Part shown: piece by piece, positions 23,555-33,208 of the stretch
Numbering within the stretch: position 1 is the stretch's first letter
How the letters are laid out: each line of letters opens with the position of its first letter
Source: an uncultured Burkholderiales bacterium
GTDB lineage: Bacteria > Pseudomonadota > Gammaproteobacteria > Burkholderiales > Usitatibacteraceae
Reading direction: 5' to 3'
DNA length: 37,327 bases
Assembly (NCBI GenBank): GCA_964617435.1
Contig: CAZTYC010000001.1
Coordinates: forward strand, 859-38,185
Notes under the pieces: model-generated
Databases searched by the model: none
Told to the model about the DNA's origin: nothing
Seen by the model: only the letters and a program-made list of their open reading frames with translations
Made by a program: the position numbers and the translations under genes

Positions 23555-25819
23555 GTGGACAAATTCAAGGCACTTTGGACCCGCTACTTTTCATCGATCA
23601 ATTCGATCGTTCGCGCGGGACTGGGGTTGGGCATCGTGGCGCTGGTGCTGCTCTATTACGTCGCCGATTTCAGATCCTCCGAACGCGGCGGCCTCCTGTT
23701 TCTCCAGCGCCTGGAGTTGCAGGCCTACGACCTGCGCCTGCTGGCGACCATGCCGGAAAAAATCGATCCGCGCATCGTCATCATCGACGTCGACGAAAAG
23801 ACGCTGGCGGCCGAGGGCCGCTGGCCGCTTTCGCGCGACCGCTGGGTGAAGCTGTTGACCAACCTGTTCGAAACCTACAAGGCGAAGGTGGTCGGCTTCG
23901 ACGTGCTCTTTACCGAGCCGGACACCAGTTCCGGTTTGACCAAGCTCGAGGAACTCGCCAAGACCGAACTGAAGGACGACGCGGCGTTTCGCGAGCGGCT
24001 CGAGGTGTTGCGGCCCACGCTGGACTACGACCGGCAGTTCGCGGAAACGATCAAGAAATACCCGGTGGTGCTGGCCTTTGCAGGCGTCAGCGAGGGTGCC
24101 AACCGCGAATTGCAGATCGGCCACCTGCCGCTGCCGGTATTCAGCACCGACAAGAACAAAAAGGTCGCCGCCATCGAGATCGACGGCTACAGCGGCAACC
24201 TGAAGAACCTGCAGGAGGCTGCGGCGGCCACCGGGCACATCATTCCCCGCGTGGATTTTGATGGCGTGATCCGGCGCATCCCGTCCGTCGTCAATTTCCA
24301 AACAGGCTATTACGAGTCGCTGGCCATTGCCATCTATCGGACCTATCTCGACAACGAACCCATGCGCGTGGTGACCCGCGCCGATGAAGGGGACGGCATT
24401 CCGAAACTGAAGGAGCTGATCATCCGCGATGCCGTCATTCCGCTCGACCATCAAGGTACCACGCTGATCCCCTATCGCGGCAAGAGCCCGATGTTCCGCT
24501 ACATTTCCGCCACCGACGTCATGCGGGGCAAGCTCACCCCGGGAGAGCTCGCCGGAAAAATTGCAGTGGTCGGAACGTCCGCTCAAGGCCTCTTCGATCT
24601 GCGGAACACGCCGGTTGGCGAGGTGTACCCCGGGGTGGAAACGCATGCAAACATGCTCTCCGGATTCCTGGACAACCAGCTCAAGAAGCGGCCGGAACTG
24701 GAGTTGGCGATCAGCGCCGTGATCGTGCTGATTCTCGGAATCCCGTTGGCGATCCTGCTGGTCAAGATGAATCCGCTGGTGTCCACGCTCACCATCATCG
24801 GAACCGTCGCCGCCTACATGGCGTTCAATTTCTATTGGTGGGGACAGGGATACGTCCTGCCGCTGGCCATACCGTTGCTGATGATCCTCGCCTTGTTCGT
24901 GCTGAACATGGCGTACGGCTTCTTCGTGGAGGCGCGCAGCAAGCGGGCCATCACCGGCATTTTCGGCACCTACGTGCCGAAGGAGCTGGTCGCGCAAATG
25001 GCTGAAAACCCCGAGGCCTACACGACCAAGGGCGAAAGCCGCGACATGACCGTGCTGTTTTCGGATGTGCGGAACTTCACGTCGATTTCCGAAGGCCTCT
25101 CGCCAACGGAACTGACCGCCATGATGAACGACTACCTCACGCAGATGACGGAGTCGATCCAGACCACCCGCGGCACCATCGACAAGTACATTGGCGACGC
25201 CATCATGGCCTTCTGGGGCGCGCCCCTTGCGGACCCCAAGCATCCCGAGAATGCGCTCACTTCCGCGATGCAGATGCAACAGCGGGTCAAGGACATGGGT
25301 CCGGACTACGTCAAGCGCGGCTGGCCCAAGCTGGAGATTGGCGTCGGGCTCAATTGCGGCATGATGAACGTCGGGGACATGGGTTCGTCGTTCCGGCGCG
25401 CCTACACGGTCATGGGAGACCACGTGAACCTGGCGTCGCGGCTCGAGGGGCTGACCAAGGAATACGGGGTCGGCATCCTGGTGTCCGAAAACATCGTCAA
25501 GGCGGTCGAATCGGCGATCTATCGTGAAATCGACCGCGTGCGCGTCAAGGGCAAGCTCGAGCCGGTGACCATTTATGAGCCCGCAGGGTTCAAGACCGAT
25601 GTGGTCAACCAGGAAATCGACGAGATCGATCGTTTCCACCGGGCACTGGACAAATACCGCGCGCAAGCCTGGGATGAGGCGGAGGCTGCGCTGCGCGCGC
25701 TCTCCCACGCCGACCCGAAGCGCAAGGTCTACCTGCTGTACCTGTCGCGCATCCGCGAACTGCGCGAGAAGCCGCCGGGGGACAATTGGGACGGCGTGTT
25801 CACCTTCACGCACAAGTAA
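23555..25819 (+). CDS. CHASE2-sensor class III adenylate/guanylate cyclase, probably an adenylate cyclase
   Basis: The order is an N-terminal TM segment, a periplasmic CHASE2-like region (IVIIDVDEKTLAAEGRWPLSRD...), three or more TM segments, then the cyclase domain. The cyclase motifs are VLFSDVRNFTSISE, DKYIGDAIMAFWGAP and AYTVMGDHVNLASRLEG. The Lys...Thr substrate-position pair matches class IIIb adenylate cyclases. I prefer GTG 23555 as the start (SD GGGGAG at 23544-23549); the longest ORF starts at GTG 23486. Confidence 0.85.
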   Translation: MDKFKALWTRYFSSINSIVRAGLGLGIVALVLLYYVADFRSSERGGLLFLQRLELQAYDLRLLATMPEKIDPRIVIIDVDEKTLAAEGRWPLSRDRWVKLLTNLFETYKAKVVGFDVLFTEPDTSSGLTKLEELAKTELKDDAAFRERLEVLRPTLDYDRQFAETIKKYPVVLAFAGVSEGANRELQIGHLPLPVFSTDKNKKVAAIEIDGYSGNLKNLQEAAAATGHIIPRVDFDGVIRRIPSVVNFQTGYYESLAIAIYRTYLDNEPMRVVTRADEGDGIPKLKELIIRDAVIPLDHQGTTLIPYRGKSPMFRYISATDVMRGKLTPGELAGKIAVVGTSAQGLFDLRNTPVGEVYPGVETHANMLSGFLDNQLKKRPELELAISAVIVLILGIPLAILLVKMNPLVSTLTIIGTVAAYMAFNFYWWGQGYVLPLAIPLLMILALFVLNMAYGFFVEARSKRAITGIFGTYVPKELVAQMAENPEAYTTKGESRDMTVLFSDVRNFTSISEGLSPTELTAMMNDYLTQMTESIQTTRGTIDKYIGDAIMAFWGAPLADPKHPENALTSAMQMQQRVKDMGPDYVKRGWPKLEIGVGLNCGMMNVGDMGSSFRRAYTVMGDHVNLASRLEGLTKEYGVGILVSENIVKAVESAIYREIDRVRVKGKLEPVTIYEPAGFKTDVVNQEIDEIDRFHRALDKYRAQAWDEAEAALRALSHADPKRKVYLLYLSRIRELREKPPGDNWDGVFTFTHK

Positions 25820-25871
25820 GCGTCCGGGCCGATCCATTTTCACGCGCCTGTCGGCGCGCAGGGGTGTTTGC

Positions 25872-26927
25872 TTGATCTCGTACCCGTTTGACCCCGCTCC
25901 GGCTCCCGGGGAGACCCTGGAGGTGGCGCCCGGCGTGTATTGGCTGCGGATGCCGCTGCCTTTCAAGCCTGATCACATCAACCTGTGGATTCTTCGGGAC
26001 GACGACGCCTCAGGCCCTGGATGGACGTTGGTGGACACCGGGTATGCCGTTGAGCAAACGCATGCTTTGTGGGACCGGCATTTCCAGACCCTGCTGGCCG
26101 GTGTGCCGGTCAAGCGCATCGTGGTCACGCATTTCCATCCCGACCACGTCGGCTGCGCGCGCTGGCTTTCCGAAAAGACCGGCGCCATGGTGTGGATGAC
26201 CGCCGGAGAATTTCTGTCCGCCCATGCGGCGCATGCCGATGTCGCCGGGTTTGACCGGGCCAACACCGGCCGCCTGTTCATGCGGCACGGCTTGGGAAAG
26301 ATCCTTGCCTCGCCCCCCTCGCCCACCAGCGACCCCCGCGCAGCGTTGCCCGGAGCGGAACGGCGCGACCCCCCGGTGCCCAACGCGTACCGGAGAATCG
26401 TCGATGGCGAGATTCTCACCATCGGAGCGCGCCGGTGGCGCGTTGCGGTGGCATACGGGCACGCCCCCGAACATGCCACGCTCGCCTGCCTGGATGCGCC
26501 GATTCTCATCGCCGGCGACCAAATCCTTCCCACCATCACGCCCAACATTTCGGTCTGGGGGAACCAACCGGAATCCAACCCGCTGGGCCAATACCTGGCC
26601 AGCCTGCGCGCATTTGAATCCCTGTCCGAGGAGACCCTCGTGCTTCCCTCGCATGGTTGCGTGTTCCTGGGATTGCATGCCCGGCTCGCCGCACTTCACA
26701 CCCACCATCGGGACAAGCTTGTCGAACTGGAAAACGCACTCTCGGATCCCCAATGCGCGGCAGACATCCTGCCCGTGCTGTTCAAGCGCCCGCTCGGAGA
26801 GTTCGAGCGCATCCTCGCCATGGGGGAGGCGATCGCGCACCTGCACTGGCTGATGTTCGAAGGCAAGGCGCGGCGCCTGGTGGGCGACAAGGGCGAGATT
26901 TCGTTCCAGCGCGCCGGCACGGCGTAG
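25872..26927 (+). CDS. MBL-fold metallo-hydrolase
   Basis: The HxHxDH motif is VVTHFHPDHVG, with later GHAPEH and PSHG. No in-frame ATG precedes the conserved N-terminus (APGVYWLRMPLPF), so I infer a TTG start at 25872 with AGGGG 7 nt upstream. The listed ORF start at 25575 overlaps the cyclase. Confidence 0.75.
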   Translation: MISYPFDPAPAPGETLEVAPGVYWLRMPLPFKPDHINLWILRDDDASGPGWTLVDTGYAVEQTHALWDRHFQTLLAGVPVKRIVVTHFHPDHVGCARWLSEKTGAMVWMTAGEFLSAHAAHADVAGFDRANTGRLFMRHGLGKILASPPSPTSDPRAALPGAERRDPPVPNAYRRIVDGEILTIGARRWRVAVAYGHAPEHATLACLDAPILIAGDQILPTITPNISVWGNQPESNPLGQYLASLRAFESLSEETLVLPSHGCVFLGLHARLAALHTHHRDKLVELENALSDPQCAADILPVLFKRPLGEFERILAMGEAIAHLHWLMFEGKARRLVGDKGEISFQRAGTA

Positions 26928-26961
26928 CTGAGCGGGCGCCCCGGCCCCAAGGACGAACGTC

Positions 26962-29391
26962 CTAGCCTGGTGGCTCGGAGGCCGGAAACGTCAGGGTAAA
27001 GGTGGTGCCTTGCTCTCCCGGGTGGGACCGGGCGGTCTTGCTCGCGACGGTCACCTGGCCGCCATGGCGTTCGACCACGGTCTTGACGAAGACGAGGCCG
27101 AGTCCGACACCGTCTTCCTCGGGTTGGCCCTCCACTCTGAGGCGCGCAAACCGCGTGAACAGCCTCGCCATGCCTTCCGGTGCAATCCCGTAGCCCTGGT
27201 CCGCAACCACCAGCTGAAGGGACTCTCCGCTACGCAACAGGTTCGCCGTGACGGTGGTTTCCGGCGGACTGTATTTCACGGCGTTGGACAACAGGTTCAC
27301 GATGACGCGGGCGATGAGGTCGCGGTCCCCGCGGATCCAGGCCCCCTCATGCTCGCCGCTCTCGATGCGGATGTGCTTCTGATTGGCCAGCGTCCAGACC
27401 TCGTCCACGGCGTCGCGCAGCAATTCGGCGAGGTCGATCGTTTCGAAGTCCTCGGCGCGCGCGCGTTCGGCCTTGGCCAGCCTCATGAATTCGTCGGCAA
27501 GATTCAGCGTGCGGCGCGAATATTTTTCGATTCTCGACGTGAGCTTGTCCACCGGCATGCTCGCCGGATCCTCCTGGTACATGCCCAGTAATGTCAGGAT
27601 CGATGCCTGCGGCGAACGCATGTCGTGGGACAGGAACCGCAGCGCCTCGTCGCGCCGGCGCTCGGATTCGCGCAGCGGCGTGATGTCCACCAGCGACACG
27701 ATGGTGCCGTTCTGGGTGCCGCGCGAGGAAAACAGCGGCGCCACCTGGATCAGGAAATCCCGTGTGGCCTCGAATTGCGCCTCGAAGGAGACCAGCCGCG
27801 TTTCCTCGTATGCATCGAGCCAGGCGGATCGCCAATCGCCGCCCGCGCCCGACCGGGAGAATTTTTCCAGCAGGCCCACCACATCGCGGCCTTCGAGCGG
27901 TTGGTCCAGCGGGCGGCCCGCCGCCTTCTTCTGCGTGGTTCGCCGCGCCTTGAACAGCCGGTCCGCAGCGGAGTTGGCCAAGAGTACGCGGCCTTCCGGG
28001 TTGGTCACCAGGGTCGCATCGGGCAGGCTCTCGATACTCTCCGCAATGAATTTGTTGAGCGTCCGAAGCCGCTCTGCGGCCGCCTGCACCACGGCGATCC
28101 GTTGCTCGATCAACCCCGGGAGCACGCGCGTACGGGAATCGGGAGCCGGCTTCGATGGGGTCTCGTAGGGGACGATGACCGGTTCGCGGTCGAGCCGCTG
28201 CAACTCTTCATTCAGGAAACGCTGCGTCGCCTCGAGTTTTCTCCAACTCCACAACGGATACGCCAGCAGCAACGCCAGGAACGCCGCAGCCGGCGGCCAC
28301 CAGAACGAGGCCCATTTCAGGAGCAGCAGCGACAACGCCACGCAGGCGCCGGCAGCACCCAGGGTAACGGCCAATGACACGCGGGGTGTGGCAAAGGGAA
28401 ATACCAGCATCGCGAGCAACAGGCCTGTAATGCCGATCGCCACGCCCTGCAACGACCCCGCCCGCCGCAGGTCGATGCCGTCCCGCAGGGACTGCAGCAC
28501 GTTGGCCTGGATCTCGATGCCCGGCATGGCCAAGGTGCCGCCGGAGACGGGCGTCGGGTAGGCGTCCGTCAGCGCCGGGGCCGTAGCCCCCACCAAAACG
28601 TATTTGCCTCCAAACACGCGCCGCGCCTCCACATCCGACAAGTGGAAGACATCCGCATAGGACACCGTCGCGAAATGCCCGGGCGGGCCGGCAAAGGGAA
28701 TCAGGTACCAGTGGTCCTGCACCCAATACTTCGACGCCATGCTCGGCAAGGATTCGCGAACCCCCGGGAGCATCCCGTCCTTCTTCCATCGGTCCGGCTC
28801 GGCCAGGCGCAGGGCCGCCAGGGGGGAAATATCGTAACGCGAGGCGCCAAACCCGCCACGCAGGTAAACGTGGCGCAGGATGCCGTCCGGATCGAGCGGC
28901 GCGCTGATGTGGGACAGCGCCGCCGCCGCATTGGCAAACTCCGGCGCCGGCCGCGCCTCGGACACGGTGCGGCCACCCTCGGAATACATCGTGACCGGCA
29001 GGATCACGCGCCCGGACCGCTTGATGGCCTCGGCCAGCGCGGTGTCGCCGGCCGGAAACAGGCGCTCGGGTTCGGACAAAATCACGTCTAAGACGATCGC
29101 CTTTGGAGACCCGGACGAAATCTTGTCCAGCAGCAATCCATGCAGGTCACGCCGCCAGGGCCAGCGCCCGAACTCGGCAAGCGAGCGTTCGTCCACGCCG
29201 ATGATGACGATGTCCTGCTGCGCCGGCCGCGCGAAGGCCGCCAGCGCCTTGTCGTAGAGCGTCGAATCGATCCTCGCGAACCAGCCCTGGTGGACGGCGC
29301 AGACGATGAGCGCGCACAAGCCGAGGAAGATTGCGCCCCACTCCCGGGCGACAGCCAGCGCAAGACGCCGGTCGATGCTCACGGCTGGCAC
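26962..29391 (-). CDS. CHASE2-sensor histidine kinase (CHASE2, TM region, PAS-like, HisKA, HATPase_c)
   Basis: 809 aa. The CHASE2-like N-terminus is DIVIIGVDERSLAEFGRWPWRRD. The H-box is FLSHDMRSPQASI, the N-box is LLSNAVKYSP, and the G-boxes are DQGYGI and GVGLGLVFV. Confidence 0.88.
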   Translation of the reverse strand: MPAVSIDRRLALAVAREWGAIFLGLCALIVCAVHQGWFARIDSTLYDKALAAFARPAQQDIVIIGVDERSLAEFGRWPWRRDLHGLLLDKISSGSPKAIVLDVILSEPERLFPAGDTALAEAIKRSGRVILPVTMYSEGGRTVSEARPAPEFANAAAALSHISAPLDPDGILRHVYLRGGFGASRYDISPLAALRLAEPDRWKKDGMLPGVRESLPSMASKYWVQDHWYLIPFAGPPGHFATVSYADVFHLSDVEARRVFGGKYVLVGATAPALTDAYPTPVSGGTLAMPGIEIQANVLQSLRDGIDLRRAGSLQGVAIGITGLLLAMLVFPFATPRVSLAVTLGAAGACVALSLLLLKWASFWWPPAAAFLALLLAYPLWSWRKLEATQRFLNEELQRLDREPVIVPYETPSKPAPDSRTRVLPGLIEQRIAVVQAAAERLRTLNKFIAESIESLPDATLVTNPEGRVLLANSAADRLFKARRTTQKKAAGRPLDQPLEGRDVVGLLEKFSRSGAGGDWRSAWLDAYEETRLVSFEAQFEATRDFLIQVAPLFSSRGTQNGTIVSLVDITPLRESERRRDEALRFLSHDMRSPQASILTLLGMYQEDPASMPVDKLTSRIEKYSRRTLNLADEFMRLAKAERARAEDFETIDLAELLRDAVDEVWTLANQKHIRIESGEHEGAWIRGDRDLIARVIVNLLSNAVKYSPPETTVTANLLRSGESLQLVVADQGYGIAPEGMARLFTRFARLRVEGQPEEDGVGLGLVFVKTVVERHGGQVTVASKTARSHPGEQGTTFTLTFPASEPPG

Positions 29392-29401
29392 GCGACAGGG
29401 A

Positions 29402-31048
29402 TCAGCGGCGGCTTCCCGCGATGTCGATCAACTGCCAGCCCCCAGGGTAGATCTCGAGGCGCCAGACCGGGCTCCATTCGCCCGTCGTGTTCTCGCCGGT
29501 GGCCACCCTGGCGCGCACGAAGTAGGCGTTGACCGGCAGATCGGACAAGTCGACCCGGCCATCAACAATGCGGTCCGCGACGATTTGCACAAAGCGCGCG
29601 TCGCGCGCCGCCTGCACCTGGAACTTGGCGTTCTCCTCGCCGATCCCGATCACGCGTCCGCTCTTGTCCGGATAGGGCTTGAAGACCAGTGGCGGGGCGA
29701 TGTCGAACGATTGCGCCCGTGACCAGGGCCCTTGCTTTCCTTGCACGTCCACGGTCGCCACGCGCCAAAGCCATTGACCCGCCGCCAGGGCACGGCCGAC
29801 CTGGAACACCGAATCCTCACCCGCGGCTTGGTCCACCGCCGGCGCGGCAAACGCAGCGTCCGCCGCGTTTGCGATCTGCACGCGATAACGCTTGCCTGCC
29901 GGAGATGCTTTCCAGCGCAAGGAGGCCGGCGCGGCGGCAAGACGGCTGCCATTGTCCGGTTGCAGCGCAGTCGGCGGCAGGGGACGCGCCTTGACCGACC
30001 ACGTGCCCTGCGCGTCGCGCCCTTCGAGGCCCTGCGCATCCACGCCCCGCACACGGACGAACAACGCGCCATCGGGCAAATCCTTGAACGCAATCTCATT
30101 GGCTTGTGAGGGGACGTCGGCCACCAACTGGGTGAAGGCGCTGTCGATCGCCACCTGGCCGCGGTACGACACGGCGCCCGGCACGGCGCCAAACGCGACC
30201 CGGACATCCGGCAATTCGCTGGCGCCGCTGGTCTGCGCGAGCACCGGCGGCTCCAGCAGTTGAACGGGGGGCGACGGCGGCTTGCCGGCCTCAACGATCG
30301 TTCCGAACCCCGCGGCCACCGCCACCGCGCCCGGAAACCTGGGATCCGTCGAATCCGCGGCGACGAGGCCCTCGGTCACTTCGCTTTGCGACTTCGCCCC
30401 GCCATCAGACCCGACACGAAAGACTGTCCCGCGCACGCCCATGTTGGATGTCGGCGTTTCGATTTCGTAACGTGCCGCGCCCGGCTGCTTGGCCACGCGG
30501 GTTTCCAGGCGGCCGCTATCCAGGCGGAACCGCGTGTCCCCGACGCCGCCCGTGTTGACGAGCTGCCGCGTGGTCTTGACTTGCAGCACGGAGCGCGGCT
30601 GCAGGGTCATGGTCGAGCCATCCGCCAATCGCAGCGTCACGAAACCGTCCTCCCCGGTGCGGATTGCGTCACCTTCCTTGAGGGCGGTGTTGGCTGCCAG
30701 ACTGGCGGAGCCAACTTCGGCCTTTCCCGCCGCCCGCACGACGGTTGCAGGCGCGAATTCGGTGCGCATGAGTTCCGCGGGGATTTTGACCTTGGTGCCG
30801 ACCGGAATCTTGCGCGAATCCGGAATGGCGTTGAGCGTTTCGAGAATCTTCCAGTCCGCGGGACGCAGCAGGTAGCGCGCCGCGATGCCCAGCAGCGTGT
30901 CGCCCTGGCGGGTTTCGTGCACGAAGATCCGGGCGGGCGCGCTGTTGATCTTTGCGGTTGTGGCCGCCTCACCGCTCAAATGAAACAGGGCCAGCATCAG
31001 CCCCATGTGGGCCAAGCCGGCCGCTTGCAGGAATCGCTTCGAGTTCAT
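29402..31048 (-). CDS. Secreted LysM-FecR-domain protein with C-terminal Ig/FN3-like modules
   Basis: 548 aa. A signal peptide is followed by LysM (HETRQGDTLLGIAARYLLRPADWKILETLNAIPDSRKIPVGTKVKIP) and a FecR-like core (AANTALKEGDAIRTGEDGFVTLRLADGSTMTLQP...GVRGTVFRVG). The stop lies 10 nt before the kinase start. Confidence 0.85.
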   Translation of the reverse strand: MNSKRFLQAAGLAHMGLMLALFHLSGEAATTAKINSAPARIFVHETRQGDTLLGIAARYLLRPADWKILETLNAIPDSRKIPVGTKVKIPAELMRTEFAPATVVRAAGKAEVGSASLAANTALKEGDAIRTGEDGFVTLRLADGSTMTLQPRSVLQVKTTRQLVNTGGVGDTRFRLDSGRLETRVAKQPGAARYEIETPTSNMGVRGTVFRVGSDGGAKSQSEVTEGLVAADSTDPRFPGAVAVAAGFGTIVEAGKPPSPPVQLLEPPVLAQTSGASELPDVRVAFGAVPGAVSYRGQVAIDSAFTQLVADVPSQANEIAFKDLPDGALFVRVRGVDAQGLEGRDAQGTWSVKARPLPPTALQPDNGSRLAAAPASLRWKASPAGKRYRVQIANAADAAFAAPAVDQAAGEDSVFQVGRALAAGQWLWRVATVDVQGKQGPWSRAQSFDIAPPLVFKPYPDKSGRVIGIGEENAKFQVQAARDARFVQIVADRIVDGRVDLSDLPVNAYFVRARVATGENTTGEWSPVWRLEIYPGGWQLIDIAGSRR

Positions 31049-31174
31049 GTCTGGGACGAGGGAAAACCGGGTGGCGCCATTGTGCGTGACTTCCGGCCCG
31101 CCCGCTTGTGAATCACCTCACCCGCAGGCCGCAATTTTTCAATTGTTCAGCTTGCGCGCGAGATGCCCACGGGC

Positions 31175-31867
31175 TTACTCCGGCGAGATCTTTTCCAGCC
31201 GGTATCCGAAGTTGTAGACCGGGGAAAGACGCACGCCATTGGCGGTTCCGAAATCGAGCTTCTTGCGCACGCGGCTCACATGGGTGTCCACGGTGCGCGA
31301 TTGCACGTCGGCCGAACGCCCCCAGACGGATTCGGAAATGTGCCCGCGGGAGAGCAGTCTTCCCAGGTTCTGGAACAGGAACACCGTGAGTTCGTATTCC
31401 TTGTCGGTCATTTCCACGGCTTCGCCATTGAGCTTGACGACGCGCCGCGCAAGGTCGATCTCGTAGGGCGACATCACGATCTGCGGGGTCTCGGCCACCT
31501 TGGGCCGCATGCGCCGGTACAGCGCCTCGACGCGCGCCAACAGTTCCATGCGGCGGATCGGCTTGATCATGTAGTCGTCCGCGCCGGCCGTCAGCGCGGC
31601 GACGATATCCTCTTCCGTGTCACGGCTGGTGGCGAAGAGCACGGGAACGGTGGTCTTCTGCTTGTCGCGCAGCCAGCGCAGCACCTCCTCGCCCGACATG
31701 TCCGGCACATGCCAGTCGAGCAGGAAAAGGTCAAAACTCTCGCGACCGGCTTCGCGCACGATCGCCTTCCCCGAAGTGTAGTGGTGTACTGAATGCCCGC
31801 CGGCTTCCAACCATTGCCGCATGGCCGATCCCACCACTTGATCATCTTCCAGCATCGCGATTCGCAC
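31175..31867 (-). CDS. OmpR-family response regulator (receiver plus winged-helix DNA-binding domain)
   Basis: 230 aa with MRIAMLEDD, FDLFLLDWHVPDMSG, ADDYMIKP and the C-terminal LTDKEYELTVFL...SRTVDTHVSRVRKKL. Confidence 0.9.
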   Translation of the reverse strand: MRIAMLEDDQVVGSAMRQWLEAGGHSVHHYTSGKAIVREAGRESFDLFLLDWHVPDMSGEEVLRWLRDKQKTTVPVLFATSRDTEEDIVAALTAGADDYMIKPIRRMELLARVEALYRRMRPKVAETPQIVMSPYEIDLARRVVKLNGEAVEMTDKEYELTVFLFQNLGRLLSRGHISESVWGRSADVQSRTVDTHVSRVRKKLDFGTANGVRLSPVYNFGYRLEKISPE

Positions 31868-31932
31868 TATCGGTCTCCTGGGATATATGTTGTGGTTGTG
31901 CCGTTATTCTAGGCGAAGCAAGGGGGTTTGGC

Positions 31933-33108
31933 TCACGAAAGCGTGCGCATTCCCTCTTCCAGCCCGGAGAGGGTCATCGGCACCATGCGTTCGTCCATGA
32001 GCTCGCGCACGATCTTGATCGACTGCGTCCACGCCCAATGCTCCGCCGGCGTCGGATTGATCCACACCGCATTCTTGTAGTGGCGCGTCAGCCGCTGGAG
32101 CCAGATCGCGCCGGTCTCCTCGTTCCAGTGCTCGACGCTGCCGCCCGGTTGCAGGATCTCGTAGGGGCTCATGGTGGCGTCGCCGACGATGATGAGCTTG
32201 TAGTCCGGCCCGTACTTGTGCAGCACGTCGAAGGTGGGAATCTTTTCCGAGTGGCGCAGGCGGTTGTTCTTCCACACGCTCTCGTAAATGAAGTTGTGGA
32301 AGTAGTAGTACTCCAGGTGCTTGAACTCGGTCTTGCAGGCGGAGAACAGCTCCTCACAGCGGTGCACGTAATCGTCCATCGACCCGCCCACGTCCAGGAA
32401 CAGCAGCACCTTGACCTTGTTGTGGCGCTCGGGCACCAGCTTGATGTCCAGGTACCCGGCATTGCCGGCGGTGGCGCGGATGGTGCCGTCCATGTCGAGC
32501 TCTTCCTCGGCGCCCTCGCGGGCAAAGCGCCGCAGGCGGCGAAGCGCGAGCTTGATGTTGCGGATGCCGAGTTCGACGTGGGTGTCGTAGTCGCGGTACT
32601 CGCGCTGGTCCCACACCTTCACGGCGCTGCGATTGCGCGACTTGTCCTGGCCGATGCGCACGCCTTCCGGATTGTAGCCATAGGCGCCGAATGGCGAGGT
32701 GCCCGCCGTACCGATCCACTTGTTGCCGCCCTGGTGGCGGCCCTTCTGTTCCTCGAGGCGCTTCTTTAGCGTCTCCATGAGTTTTTCCCAGCCGCCCAGG
32801 GACTCGATGAGCTTCTTCTCCTCGTCCGTGAGCGTCTTTTCGGCGAGCTTTCTCAGCCACTCCTCGGGAATGTCCGCCGGCAACACGGCGTCGAGCGCCT
32901 GCACGCCCTTGAAGTAATTCGAGAACGCGCGGTCGAAGCGGTCGAAATGCGCCTCATCCTTGACCAGCGTGGCGCGCGAAAGGTAATAGAAATCATCGAC
33001 GCTGCCGTGGATCACCCCGCGCGCCAGCGCCTCGACCAGCGTCAGGTACTCCTTGACGGACACCGGCAGCCCGCCCTCCTTGAGCGCAAGGAAGAACGGG
33101 ATCAGCAT
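31933..33108 (-). CDS. VWA-domain protein (CoxE-like partner of MoxR ATPases)
   Basis: 391 aa. The N-terminus MLIPFFLALKEGGLPVSVKEYLTLVEAL is typical of CoxE-like proteins. The VWA/MIDAS-like region is VLLFLDVGGSMD. It lies downstream of an AAA ATPase. Confidence 0.78.
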   Translation of the reverse strand: MLIPFFLALKEGGLPVSVKEYLTLVEALARGVIHGSVDDFYYLSRATLVKDEAHFDRFDRAFSNYFKGVQALDAVLPADIPEEWLRKLAEKTLTDEEKKLIESLGGWEKLMETLKKRLEEQKGRHQGGNKWIGTAGTSPFGAYGYNPEGVRIGQDKSRNRSAVKVWDQREYRDYDTHVELGIRNIKLALRRLRRFAREGAEEELDMDGTIRATAGNAGYLDIKLVPERHNKVKVLLFLDVGGSMDDYVHRCEELFSACKTEFKHLEYYYFHNFIYESVWKNNRLRHSEKIPTFDVLHKYGPDYKLIIVGDATMSPYEILQPGGSVEHWNEETGAIWLQRLTRHYKNAVWINPTPAEHWAWTQSIKIVRELMDERMVPMTLSGLEEGMRTLS

Positions 33109-33208
33109 GGCGCCCCACGTTGGCCCACCATGGCCGAAAGCGAAAATCCAGCATCCGCGCGGCTCCCGGGCCTAAAATGCCTTGAACACCGCGCCAGTTC
33201 CGGAGTTT

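Noticed and set aside
23591-25966. 791-aa minus-strand ORF opposite the CHASE2 cyclase
   Set aside because: It is an antisense shadow. The + frame contains the complete class III cyclase catalytic motifs and TM segments.
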